Below are positions 1 through 11,830 of a DNA stretch of 64,000 nucleotides, one piece after another (position 1 is the first letter of the stretch; the number at the start of each line of letters is the position of its first letter). The notes beneath the pieces were generated by a model. That model saw only the letters and a program-made list of their open reading frames with translations, was not told the origin of the DNA and searched no databases. The translations under genes and the position numbers were made by a program. The DNA comes from Hypanus sabinus. Its lineage: Eukaryota. The stretch is from the NCBI RefSeq assembly GCF_030144855.1, contig NC_082724.1, forward strand, positions 16,430,001 through 16,494,000, given 5' to 3'.

Positions 1-1644
1 AGGATTTGGGCAAAGTATGTATGGTTTAACACACTTCATCTCTGTCCAGTAGCTATTTCAACAGCCAACCTAGAATTAGGCTTTAACTGCACAAGATATC
101 ACAGCCAGAAATACAATATATTAGAAGTTCTATCATAATATACAAGAATAAATGTTGTAGTAACTAACATGAGTAAATGCTTAATTCTCATCACAGTACT
201 TCAACAATTTTATGTTTAGCACTGTATTGCTGCTATAAAACAAAAGAAAAAAATATAACATATGTGAGTGATGATAAACCTAGTTCTGATATGGGTCTCT
301 ATAGTGGACTGAGAGTGGGAAAGAACAGGGAGAGGAGATTGATGGTTGGGAAAAGGGGAAGAGAGTGGAGAGGGAGCAGGAAGCACTGGAGACACATTCT
401 GACATGATCAAATGACTTTGCCTGGCGTCTCACAGCTAGGTGTGTCTACACCCACGCCATCCCCCACCCCTACACTTCTCTGCCACCTGTTCCACACCTC
501 TCCCATGGCACTCCACCCTCACCATTCCCAACATCCTTTGCTCCTCCCAGATTTACAAACTTGCTCTCTGTTCCACATTGACAAATCCAGCACAATGCAA
601 AAGTTTTAGGCACCCAAGCTATATATAGGTGCTTAAGACTTTTACACAGTATTGTACACATCCACTGATGCATTGGATATACTCTCATATAATATTCATA
701 TATAATACTCTATATCATATATGATATTATATCTCATATAATAGCACCACTCCAAATTCTCCTTCAACCCTTTAGAAATACGAACTTTCTTTCCAATACA
801 ATGTTTTTTTTCTAAAATTTGCTTGTATGAAATGTCACATTAGCGTCATACAGCTCATATATACAGGCCCTTAACCCAACCCATCCATGCTGACCAAAGT
901 GCCTTCCTTAACTAGTCCCATTTGCTTGTATTTGACCCATATGTTGTCTTGTCCTTTCTTAACAATGTATCTTTCAAAAGTCATTGTATCTGTCACTTCC
1001 TCTGGATATTGAACACTGGTTCTGAATCAACTCTGGTCACTCTTTGTTAGATTAAAATGGCACAGAGAAGGAAAAGAAAAGAAGTTACTAGAATAGTGTA
1101 AGGGATACTTTACCACAAAGTTAAACTGGAGAAGCTTAGGTTGTTCTCAAGGGAGCAAAGAGGTTAACAGTGATCCAAGGAGCAACAAAGATCTGAAATC
1201 TTCTAGAGAAAGTTAAAGGGGTATGTAAGGAAAAACTTGATTTTATATATAGAAAGCAGTTATGACTGGAATGCACTTCCTCTAGGGATGGTGGAAACAT
1301 AATGAATCAGTAGAAATAGAATAGGCACATAGGGGTGACCAATTTAGGGGTAGGAGTGAGTGAATGGATTGCTCTTCTAGGAGCCATTATATACTAATTG
1401 GGCTGAATGGTTTTCTTCTGTTCCAAAACAAAACAGCAGTTCTCTGAACAGAGTCAAGGGGGCAGGCCATTAGGCTTACTGAATCAATGCCAATCACCAT
1501 GCACACAGCTGCACTAATCCTGTTTTACTCTCCCTACATTCTCATTATTCCTCTCCCCCACCCCCTGCCCCAGATCCTACCACTCACCTGCACTCAAGGG
1601 GCAATTCACAGTTGCCAATTAACCTATCGATGCTTACGCAGAAC

Positions 1645-2160
1645 CATAGAACACTACAGCACAGTTCAGGCCCTTCAGCCCTCCATTTTGTGCCAACCCA
1701 TATAATCCTTTAAAAAAGTACTAAACCCACACTACCCCATAACCCTCCATTTTTCTTTCATCCATTTGCCTGTCCAAGAGGCTCTTAAATACCCCTAATG
1801 TTTTAGCCTCCACCACCATCCCTGGCAAGACATTCCAGGTACTCACAACCCCCTGTGTAATAAACTTTCCCCTGATGTCTCCCCTAAACTTCCCTCCCTT
1901 AATTTTGTACATATGCCCTCAGGTGTTTGCTATTGGTGCCCTGGGAAACAGGTACTGACTATCCACCCTGTCCATGCCTCTCATAATCTTGTAGGCCTCT
2001 ATCAAGTCCCCTCTCATTCTTCTACACTCCAAAGTGAAAAGTCACAGCTCTGCTAACCTTGCTTCATATGACTTGTTCTCCAATCCAGGCAACATCCTGG
2101 TAAATCTCCTCTGCACCCGTCCATAGCTTCCACATCCTTCCTATAATGAGGAGACCAGAA
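1645..2160 (-). mobile_element. CR1 LINE 3' fragment, interrupting a V-SINE (about 1480-1630 and 2165-2310)
   Basis: The minus-strand ORF 1721-1912 (KFRGDIRGKFITQGVVSTWNVLPGMVVEAKTLGVFKSLLDRQM) matches the CR1 ORF2 C-terminus. Confidence 0.8.
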
Positions 2161-2339
2161 TTGAACACATACTTGGGATGTTGGAGAAAACAAGAGAACC
2201 TGGAAGAAAACAGGCACAATTCTACAAAGATAGGACCAGAGGTCAGAATCAAATCCAAGTTACTAGAACTGCAAAGCAAGAACTCTGCTAACTGTACCAC
2301 TATGCTGTGCTATTTGATGCACTTGATTATATGCCAAAA

Positions 2340-3700
2340 AAAAGAGAATGAATATCCCACGATTGTCATGGACTTTATAAAGACACAAGTGTGTACCCAC
2401 GAAATCACTCAGAATGTTACTCAACCAGAACCAAAAGCCTGGATGAACCAAAAGATCTGTAATCTGTTGAGGGTTAGATGATGGTGTTCAAGTTTTGCAA
2501 CCCAGAAAAGTGAAAAAGTTCCAGACATGACCTCTGGAAAACTATCTCACACGTAAAATGGCAATTTCAGACCAAACTTGAAACACAGAAGGATGTTTGA
2601 CAGCTGTGGTAGAGATTGAATGCCATCATCTCTTACAAAATAAAACCAAGCAACATAAATGACAATAAGATTTTGTTCCCAGATGAGCTCAATATCTTCT
2701 ATGTTCACTTTGACCAATAAAAGCACCTTCACAAACTCCGATAGACCCAATGACATGTGATTTCAGTTTCTGGGGCCAAAATACGAGCAGCCTTCAGGAG
2801 TACGAACCCACTTAAAGCATCTGGCCCAGATATTGTATCTGATTGTGTACAGAAGACATGTGCTATCAACTGGCTGGAGTGTTTTTTGACATCTTTAACC
2901 TCCACCTTCAGCATTCCGAGGAACCCACCTGCTTCAAGCGGGCTTCAATCACACTGATGTCCAAGAAGAATATGGTAACCTGCCTCAATGATTATCGTCC
3001 AGTAGATCTTACATCCACTGTGATGAAATGCTTTGGGATGTTGGTCATGAAACATGTTAACTCCAGCCTGAGAAGTGACTTGGATATGCTCCAATTTGTC
3101 TAATGTCACAACAGGTCAACAGCAGATGCCATTTCATTGGTGCTGCACAGAGCTCTGTAACATCTAGAGAAAGAAGATACAGATATCAGGATGGTCTGTT
3201 CATTAAATACAGTTAAGTATTTCACACTATCAACCCCTCAAAACTAATCAATAAATTCCAATTCCTAGGCCTCAATACTCCTCTATGTGTAACTGGATCC
3301 CCGATTTCCTCAATTACAGATCCCAGTCAGTACAGATTAGCAGCATCTCTTCCACAATCACCATCAGCACAGGTACACCACTTGGTTGCGTTCCTAGTAC
3401 GCTGTTCACTTTATACTTAAGACTATGAGGCCAAATACAGGTCCAATGCCATATTTAAGTTTGTTGATGATACCACTGTTGTTGACTGATTCAAAGGTGG
3501 TGGCAAATCGGTTAATATGAGAGAGATTGAAAACCTGGCTGAGTGGTGCCACGACAACAACCTCTGATCCAATGTCGGCAAGACCAAGGAGCTGATTATT
3601 GACTTCAGGAGGAGACTAGAGATCCATGAGCCAGTCCTCATTGGGGTACCAGAGATGGAAAGTGTCAGTAACATCCTGGGCATTAACATCTCAGAGGATT
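2340..3700 (+). mobile_element. Rex1/Babar-type LINE RT fragment, copy 1 (decayed)
   Basis: CLNDYRPVDLTSTVMKCFGMLV and LDMLQFV motifs in ORF 2843-3103; IFKFVDDTTVV near 3450; several stops and frameshifts. Confidence 0.8.
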
Positions 3701-3789
3701 GTGATTCTGACCGTAGTTTACATACTGCCAGATGATAAACAAGCACTAACGCATTGAATGCCACGATTAGCAAATGAAAAACAGCGAAT

Positions 3790-6075
3790 TCTGACACCTT
3801 TCAAATTATTATCAGATACATATCAACTGCAGCACGAGGGGTTCTGACACACCACAACCAATGTTACACTACTATTAGGAATGCCTACCATTCTATGCTG
3901 AGACTGCATTTCGGTAAATTTGATCACTTACCTGTCCTCCTGCCTACATACAGACAGAGGCTAATTCAAGCTTCCAGAGTTAAGGAAACAAAGAGTGGTC
4001 GTGGGGGCTGAGGAGGGTTACAGGATTGCTTTGAGTCAGCAATTGGGCTATATTCAAGGATTCATCAGAGGATCTGAATGAATATGCCACAGTTGTCATG
4101 GACTTTATAAAAACATTCATAGATGAGTGTGTTCCCACAAGATCTTTCAGTCTTCCCCAACCAGATGCCCAGGATCCTCAAATTGCTGAGGGCTAGATCA
4201 GTGGCTTTCAGATCTGGCGACAAAGAAAGATACAAGAGGTCCAGGTACAATCTCTAGAAAGCCATCTCACAGGCAAAGTGGCAATTCTGGACCAAACTTA
4301 AATCAATGAAGGATGCTCAACAGTGTGGTAGGAATTAAATGCTATCACCTCCTACAACGTGAAACCAAGCAACATACTAGGTGACAACAAGGCTTTGCTC
4401 CCAGTTGAGTTTAATGCCTTTTATGCTTGCTTTGGTCATGAAAACATGGAGGCAATTTCATGAACTCTCATAGCCCTTGAACGCCCTGCGATTTCAGTCT
4501 CTGAGGCCAACATGAAAGCATCCTTGAGGAAAGCATCCAACCCAAACAGGGTTACTAGCCAATTATTAAACATCTGTGCTGATGTAAAGACCTGGACTGC
4601 AGTGTTCTCCAGTATCTTTAACCTCTCACTCCAGCTCCTTCAAGCAAGCATCAATTATACCAGTGCCAAAGAAGAATGTGGTAACCTGCCTCAGTGATCA
4701 TCATCCAGTGGCACTTATATCCACAGTGATGAAGTGCTTTGCAGGTTGGTGAAGAAGCATATCAATTCCTACCTGAGAAGCAACTCGGATCCATTCCAAT
4801 TTGCCTATTGTCACAACACGTCCAGAACAAATGCCATTTCATTGGCTTTTCACTCAATTCTAGAACATATGAACAGTGAAGATGCATATATCAGGATGCA
4901 TTTTGTTGCAGCTCAGCTTTCAATACTATTATCCACTCAAAACTAATCAAATAGCTTCAAGTCCTAGGCGTCAATACCTCCTTGTGCAACTGGATCCATG
5001 ATTTCCTCATCTGCAGACCCCAATCAGTTTGGATTAGCAACAACATCTCTTCCACAATCTCCCTCAGCACAAGTGCACCCCAAGACTGTGTATTTAGCCC
5101 CCTACTGTACTCGCTTTACACGTATGACTATGTAACTAAGCACAGCTTCAATGCCATATTTAAGTTTGCCAATAACACCACTGTCACTGGCCGAATCAAG
5201 AATGGCGACAAATCAGCATCTAGAAGGGAGATTGAAAATCTGGTTGAGTGGCGCCACAACAACAACCTTTCACTCAATATCAGCAAGACCAAGAAGATGA
5301 TTATTGACTTTAGGAGGAGGAAACCAGAGGTCCATGAGCCATAACTCATTGGGGGAACAGAGGCGGTGAGGGTTAGCAACCTTAAATTCCTCAGTGTTAT
5401 AATTTCAGAGGATCTGTTCTGGGTTCAGCACACAAGTGCCTTTATAAAGAAAGTATGGCAGTTTTCTTAGAAGTTTGCACAGATCTTGCATGTCATCTAA
5501 AACTTTAACAAACTCCTATAGATGTATGACAGAGAGTATCCTGGCCGATTGCTTAACAGCCTGGTATGGAAACAGCAGTGCTCAAGAATGGAAAAGTCTA
5601 AAAAAGTGGTGGATACAGCCCAGTTCATCACAGGAAAAGCCCTCCCCACTACTGAGCACATCTACATAGAGTGCTGCCACCAGAAAATAGTATCCATAAT
5701 TAAGTATCCCTACCATATAGGTCATGCTTGCCGTTACAATCACGGAGGTGGTAAAGGAACCTCAGGTTCAGGAACAGTTGTTATCCTTCAACCATCAGGT
5801 TCTTGAACCAGTGTGGACATCTTCACTTACCATAACACTTAACTGATCATTGAACATAACTTCTAGACTCACTTTCAAAGACTCTACAGTTAATATTTTC
5901 AGTAAAATGTGTGTAATTATTTATTATTACTACTTGTTTCTTTTGTATTTGCATGGTGCTGTTTTTTATTGATTCTACTGTACTTTGTTCTACTGTGAAT
6001 CTCTGCAAGAAAATGAATCACAGGGTAGTATATGGTGACATATACGTACTTTGATATTAAATTTATTTTGAACTT
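3790..6075 (+). mobile_element. Rex1/Babar-type LINE, copy 2 with 3' tail (decayed)
   Basis: [38 protein letters not shown] and [10 protein letters not shown] motifs in ORFs 4734-5344; homologous to copy 1. Confidence 0.85.
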
Positions 6076-7229
6076 TGAAAATGCTTTGCACAGAATTCAA
6101 AGGAGACTCTTCAAATTAACTTATATTTTACTCAAAGTTGAGACACAAACCAAATACCATTTGGAGATAGAGCAAAGTGAGTTGAAGAAATATTCAGTGT
6201 TCTGTGACTGTTAGATGTAATACAAGAAAACTGTATAATAATTTCCAGGATTTTGCACCCCTTTTTGATTAGTTTAAAGAAGTTGATGTTTATACTATTA
6301 AGACTTGATAATGGATATGATTCTAGTTAGTACTTCAGTGTTTATATAACAAGTTAGAAAATATTCTGTAATGAGCTAGAGACTGAATGGAGACCTATGG
6401 TGAATTACTAAGTGTTCTAAAATTACATTGATTGACTTCTCCTGAAGTGGCATTGTGTGCCTATAGGAGTTGCAATGCATTCCTTTTCTGTTTGAAAATT
6501 ACTTACATTTAACATCAAGGGATATTTTGGCAGATTTCACGGAATTAATTTTCTTACTCTCACTCAAGATTGGAAGCACAATAAGACCTGAAATAGTCTG
6601 TCTAATCCACTTGAGCAAGCACTCACTGCTATCCTTGTCACCAATTAAAGCAGATCTCTCAGCTTAACCACTCACTTTGGTAAGGCACCAATCTCCTCAA
6701 GACCATTGGTACACAATATTAACTATTCACAAGCAATCTTGTTAAATCAGGTGAAGTTCCATCTGAGCCTTTTTCTTGTCTGTAAAGTATTTACTTCTGG
6801 TACTATCCTGGAAAACAGTGATAATCCCTGGCTCCTTTCTGCACTGCAGGCTATTTCCTTAACCCCGTATCTGTTGTCTTTGTCCTCCATTTCTCCAACA
6901 AAAAGACTGTGGGCTTTGCATATTTCTTTGTTATTAAGACTGGGTCTAATCTAATCTAGTTCTCTGTCCTCCTAGGTCAGGCAGATCAAAGTTCTGCAGA
7001 GTCAGAGACATCACTGAAATGAGCTGTTCAACCTCCAAGTACATGCTGACCATCACCACCCACAACAATAATTCTATATCTGCCCACATTTTCTGGGGTG
7101 AACTTCTGCAGCTCTGAAAACTCATATTTCTAAATTTCCTCCTATCTTCCCCTTACACTGAGACCATCTTCGCTATAGGACTCGCCTCCTATTCTGTATC
7201 TTCTATTCTCACCAGATTTCCTTCCTGCT

Positions 7230-7680
7230 CTCTTTTGCCAAAAGTTCTCAAGTCTTCAGAAACTGTACTGTCTCATCAAAAAGCAAACCTCTTCCCGCTG
7301 CACTTGAAAACTATTGTTCTATCTTCACCCCTCCTTTACTCACCCAGTGTCCTACAATGTCCTGTCATCTCAGTATTCTGTGTCCATCCATCCCAGAAAT
7401 CCCTGTTGGAATCCCAATCAGACTTGTAATTTTGTACTTTGAGAGGGTTACTCTTATCTGATTCATAGAGTATTTTGTGTCCCTGTGACAAAGTTGATCA
7501 ACCTCTTCTCATCTTGTTAAATCTGCTATCCTAGTTAACTATACAGCATCCAGATTCAACTTCCCATCAACACTGTCCTTTTTGATAGAACTAAACTTGA
7601 CTGCTTCCATTCTTACCTATCTGGTCATAGCCAAAAGATCCCTCTGTCTTTTCCTCCCACACCACAGCATTACCATTACT
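7230..7680 (+). mobile_element. Highly decayed L2-like RT remnant
   Basis: Faint similarity to the L2 RT region (FHSYLSGHSQ-like stretch near 7600-7640). Confidence 0.35.
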
Positions 7681-7690
7681 TTATCTAAAA

Positions 7691-7770
7691 CAAGGGTTCC
7701 CAACGACAATTTTGCCATGGTCTACTACCATTAACTGAGGTGTCTTTGGACCCCAGGTTGTGAACTGCAG
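7691..7770. mobile_element. ~80-bp hAT-type MITE (decayed)
   Basis: CAAGGGTTCCCAAC...AGGTTGTGAAC termini; same family as 8412-8490 and 16936-17020. Confidence 0.55.
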
Positions 7771-7968
7771 ATTTAAAGAATCCAACTTTGGTCCTCTCCA
7801 ATTTCTCACTTAAACACTGCCCATCAGTAACATTAAACAAGAAAATGCCAAATGAGGTGTCTTTGGACCCCAGGTTGTGAACTGCAGATTTAAAGAATCC
7901 AACTTTGGTCCTCTCCAATTTCTCACTTAAACACTGCCCATCAGTAACATTAAACAAGAAAATGCCAA
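7736..7968. repeat. Tandem duplication, 117-bp unit x2, apparently identical
   Basis: tgaggtgtctttggaccccagg...gaaaatgccaa starts at both 7736 and 7853. Confidence 0.95.
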
Positions 7969-8411
7969 TAATTTTCATGCATATAGTTTAAAGCACTTGT
8001 CAATACCATGCCAATATATTTTATTGTCAATTTCAATGTCCCCAATATGTGAGTTCAAGAGTGAATGACGAAAAGTTTTCACTAATTAATGGCAAGATCA
8101 AAGCTGCGGCCCTCGTCCATGTCATAAATACACCAAATTAAGGATTGCTAGGGCACCTGGCCAAATAATGCTTCCCTTTTTATTTGCTGAAATGATGATG
8201 GTCAAACTTTTTGTTGCTACTGTTGTGTTTGCACATGAAGTTGGAATAGTTTCCATTATCAGAAATTAGGGTTATCAGAAAATAATGACAGTAAAAAGTT
8301 TCACCCATTTTTTTAAACTAGAAAGCCAAAAAAATGTTTTTTTACAGTAAAAAGCTTCTCTTGCATACTGTTTTATACAGGTCAAATCATCGCACAGTGC
8401 ATTGATCTAGA

Positions 8412-8490
8412 CAAGGGTTCCCAACCTGTGGTCCACAGACCCCTTGGTTAATGATAGGGGTCCATGGCATAAAAAAGACTGCCAGCCACT
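8412..8490. mobile_element. ~80-bp hAT-type MITE
   Basis: CAAGGGTTCCCAACC start; internal core similar to 16936-17020. Confidence 0.55.
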
Positions 8491-9133
8491 AATTAAGAAT
8501 AAGGTAAAAGAATAACAATGCAGAATATATATAAAAACTACTGATAGAGTGCAGCACAGGTGAACAATTAAAATGCAAGATTATAATTAGAGAGAACCCA
8601 TTTTATCATACAGGAGTATAACACTAACCCTAATCCTGGTTTTGCAGGAGCTTTGCAAACTTCAAAAAGTTTTATGTCACTCCTCTCACACATGTTGAAA
8701 ACAGAAGAAGCTGATGAGGAATCAATTTGATTTGTTCAGCCAGTCTCATCTCCACCTCTGATTCTCTGGCTAGCATTAAACACGTGCCAAAAGACCATCC
8801 AGATGAAACATCTTCCAGCTGAATCAGTCACTATTTCCCTTTCCAAAGATGCTGCCTGGCCTACTCTGTATTTCTAGCATTTTCCATTTTAATTAAAAAC
8901 ATGCTGTACAATTACAAAACCCATTACTATCATACAAACATCTTTTTTGACAATCAAATTTTTTTCTCAATGCTTTTTCCACAGTGGATGAGTGGATTTT
9001 TTGCCTCTCAGTTCCAGCATAAAGGATGCTTATTTGCCTTTTTATTTAATATCTCCCAGGTATACCAGGTATACTCAGATTATTTCTTATCTTTTTGGCA
9101 AAATGTTTATAGAAGCTTCAGTCCACATTATCC

Positions 9134-9310
9134 AGCTGGTGATTTAGTGGCATCAGCACCGTACCTTACAGGAAATGGTCCTGGGTTCAAATCTGGCCTG
9201 CTCCTTGCTGGATTGAGTGTTGAGCTGGCATCGCAACCTCAAAAAAACAGACAAATGCTAAAGAAATGGCAAGGTTTCTGCCCATTGTACCACAAGGCAT
9301 GATGAGGAAC
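9134..9310 (+). mobile_element. tRNA-derived SINE
   Basis: A-box-like TGATTTAGTGG and B-box-like GGTTCAAATC; head similar to the SINEs at 9884, 27093 and 54275. Confidence 0.6.
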
Positions 9311-9654
9311 AATATTCTGACCACACATCCACATCGTCTCCAAGTCTGTACACATTTTATGACTCTGCCTACTGATGAAATGTTCATTTGTGCATCTACT
9401 GCTTCTAAATAAGACTAACCAAATACATTCTATCCTCCATAAACTTAAGGTTATTGATACTCTCCTACATGAGGCCCAAATCTTACCAGTACCAAAAGGC
9501 CTTACACGAATATCCAGCTGGTGAAATGATATCGCAGTTTTAAAATTCTTATCCTTGCTTTGAATCTTTTCACAATCTAGCCCTTGCCTACTTCAGCAAT
9601 TTCTATACAGTTTCTGCAATACCTGTATTCTTCACATTTTGACCACTGGAGTGC

Positions 9655-9884
9655 ATGTGCGTTGTGTGTATGCACCCTTATCTCCTGGTGGAGTCGTCGG
9701 GGTGCCATCATGACAAGCTTTTTGCACTGATCTTTTTGGTGATTGCTCATCAAACGGCGTGTCTTGGGCATCTGAAACCTGGCGGAGCCCATTCCTCTCC
9801 AGGTTTTTTTGGAGCAAGATGGATTCAAACTCGAGAGCCTTCGCTCCAAAGTCCGGCGCTGATACCACTATGCCACCAGCCGGC
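9655..9884 (-). mobile_element. tRNA-derived SINE
   Basis: Minus-strand head GCCGGCTGGTGGCATAGTGG...GAGTTTGAATCC (A and B boxes); approximate TSD acca(g)ctggagt on both sides. Confidence 0.75.
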
Positions 9885-11269
9885 AACCAGCTGGAGTATA
9901 TCCAGATCTAATTATGGTGGTTGTAGTTTCCATGACCCTCCCTCAGCCACTTTCCTCCTCTAAGATGCAACGTAATTTTTTTCACCATCTGCCTGGTGAA
10001 AAAGTAAATAAAGTTTACTTGAATATACTTGGCTCCATGACAAAATTTACTTACTTTGCTATGAAACATATTTTGCTACATTAAAAGCCAAAGTAGAAGT
10101 TAGTGTTACAGTTGTTAATGATGAAAATACAGAGGTTTATAAAATGAAGGGCTAAGTTGGGACAGATAGTCAGAGTCTTCCTACCAAAGGCAGGGGATTC
10201 TGGAGCCAAGAGGACTCAGATTTAAGATAAGAAGAGAGAAATTTAAAGGTGATAGGATTAGCGTAGACAGTATCAGTGGAAGCAACAACAAGGTGGGCTG
10301 CTTTCTATGCCATTATACTGAGTGCTGGAAATATTGTGGTGGATGCTACCAACTGCTTGAATTTGAATGTATTGTGGAGCTGGATAAACTTTATACACTG
10401 ATGTCACAATTGTTCGGAACATACTAATCTACATTGGAAATGAATTCCAAGATACAGAGGCAATTTGCTGATGCAATTAGTGAAAACCTAACTTAACAAA
10501 CACTGTAAGGCATTATTCATAATATCTCAGAGAGAAAACCTTTCAATAGTTTTTTTTTACTTAAATCATTATTTAAAATTATTTTCTCCAATTTACTTCC
10601 ACTCCCACCCAAAGTTGTTAAATTACACGGGAGTAAAATTTAAAAACAAACAAAATTAATGTTAAAACACCAGAATCTGTTTCTATTATTTTGGCTGTCA
10701 TTTTAATCAAGGGAAGGGGTTTGAAGCCGAAAGGACAGTGAATGACAAAGATATATTGAGGACAGCCATTTGTGCTGAGGTAAAAACTGAACAGGAAAAA
10801 TGAAAGAGAGAGGGAAAGGAACATGGGACAGCCAATGAAGAGCTGAGTATGTTATTTCGGGGAAACAAAAGTTGGGCACTGGGATATTAAAAATCCATTA
10901 TCACATCATTTTTCCTTTGTCGATTTTAGATTAACCCAAATGTTTATTTAATATAATACATTCAATTAAAGTTTTAAAAAAATGATTTAATATATCAACT
11001 TGGGCTTCCAAGCCCCTTGGGGATACTTTCCTAAACTAAACCCATTCTGGTAAATATGAGACACACCATCTCATCCCAGTGTCTCTACAGGAGCTGACTA
11101 ACCTGTGGTGTAGTTTAGGACCACTGAAACATTTCATGTCCTTTTACGTTTCAATAGATCTCTCCCGTGTGGAATCCCACATACAAAGTCGGTGTACTCT
11201 CGCACTCCGAACCCATTCTTGTATTGTGTTTGTGGTCGTTGCCCAGTTTGGACGGTATGGAAAATTGTT

Positions 11270-11830
11270 GGCGTCAAGGTTGACGTTTGGAGTTCCCTTG
11301 AGTAACCTCACTTTTTTTTAGTAAACGAACAGAACAGAGTTGTCGGAACCCAGAATTAGAGATGTCCGCAGAGCACGTTCGTACATTTATTTTTTCACAA
11401 TAAGTGGTGCTTCGCGGTTGACTTAGAGGAAACGTCTGTGGAAAGCGCTGCGGCGCTCCGCCAACCTGGGGTAACCTTTGCCTTTCCGGCCTCCGCGCTC
11501 TGGTGCAGTGTCGCCCGCTGGCCGGGAGGGTGCGCTCGCTCAGCGGCCGGGGCCGGGGCCGCGTCCGCTCGGCCTCCCGCGCGGTCACGCGCTCGCGCGT
11601 TTGTTGACAGTGTGAGCGCGTGGCGCGTGGCGCGAGGAGCCTGTGACAGCCGCCGGCCGCGAGCACCCGGGCGAAGGGGCAGGAAGGGGGCGAGAGAGAC
11701 AGACAGACAGAAGTCAAAGTTGCTACCTGCTCGCTGAGTGCTGTGCGTGGTCCTGGAAGGAGCGACGAGATTTCCCTGCTGGATGTTTAAAGAGTCAAGG
11801 TTAGTGGCGTCAGAAACGAAAAAACAGCGC
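11270..11830 (+). promoter_or_regulatory. CpG island; probable promoter and first (likely non-coding) exon of an unidentified gene
   Basis: A sharp GC/CpG-rich block (many CGCG, GGCCGGGGCC) in AT-rich, CpG-depleted surroundings; candidate donor AAG|GTTAGT at 11799/11800; about 2 kb of repeat-poor DNA follows. Confidence 0.7.

Noticed and set aside
7685-7978. ORF with a 39-aa internal repeat, or a CRISPR-like array
   Set aside because: It is a simple 117-bp tandem duplication with no spacers, in a eukaryotic context.
9810-9884. tRNA gene (also about 27020-27093)
   Set aside because: A and B boxes are present, but there is no proper cloverleaf or terminator, and the sequence continues into a SINE body.
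11602-11618. Resemblance to the miR-30 5' flank (TGTTGACAGTGAGCG)
   Set aside because: There is a 2-nt insertion, and no TGTAAACATCC mature sequence or hairpin follows.
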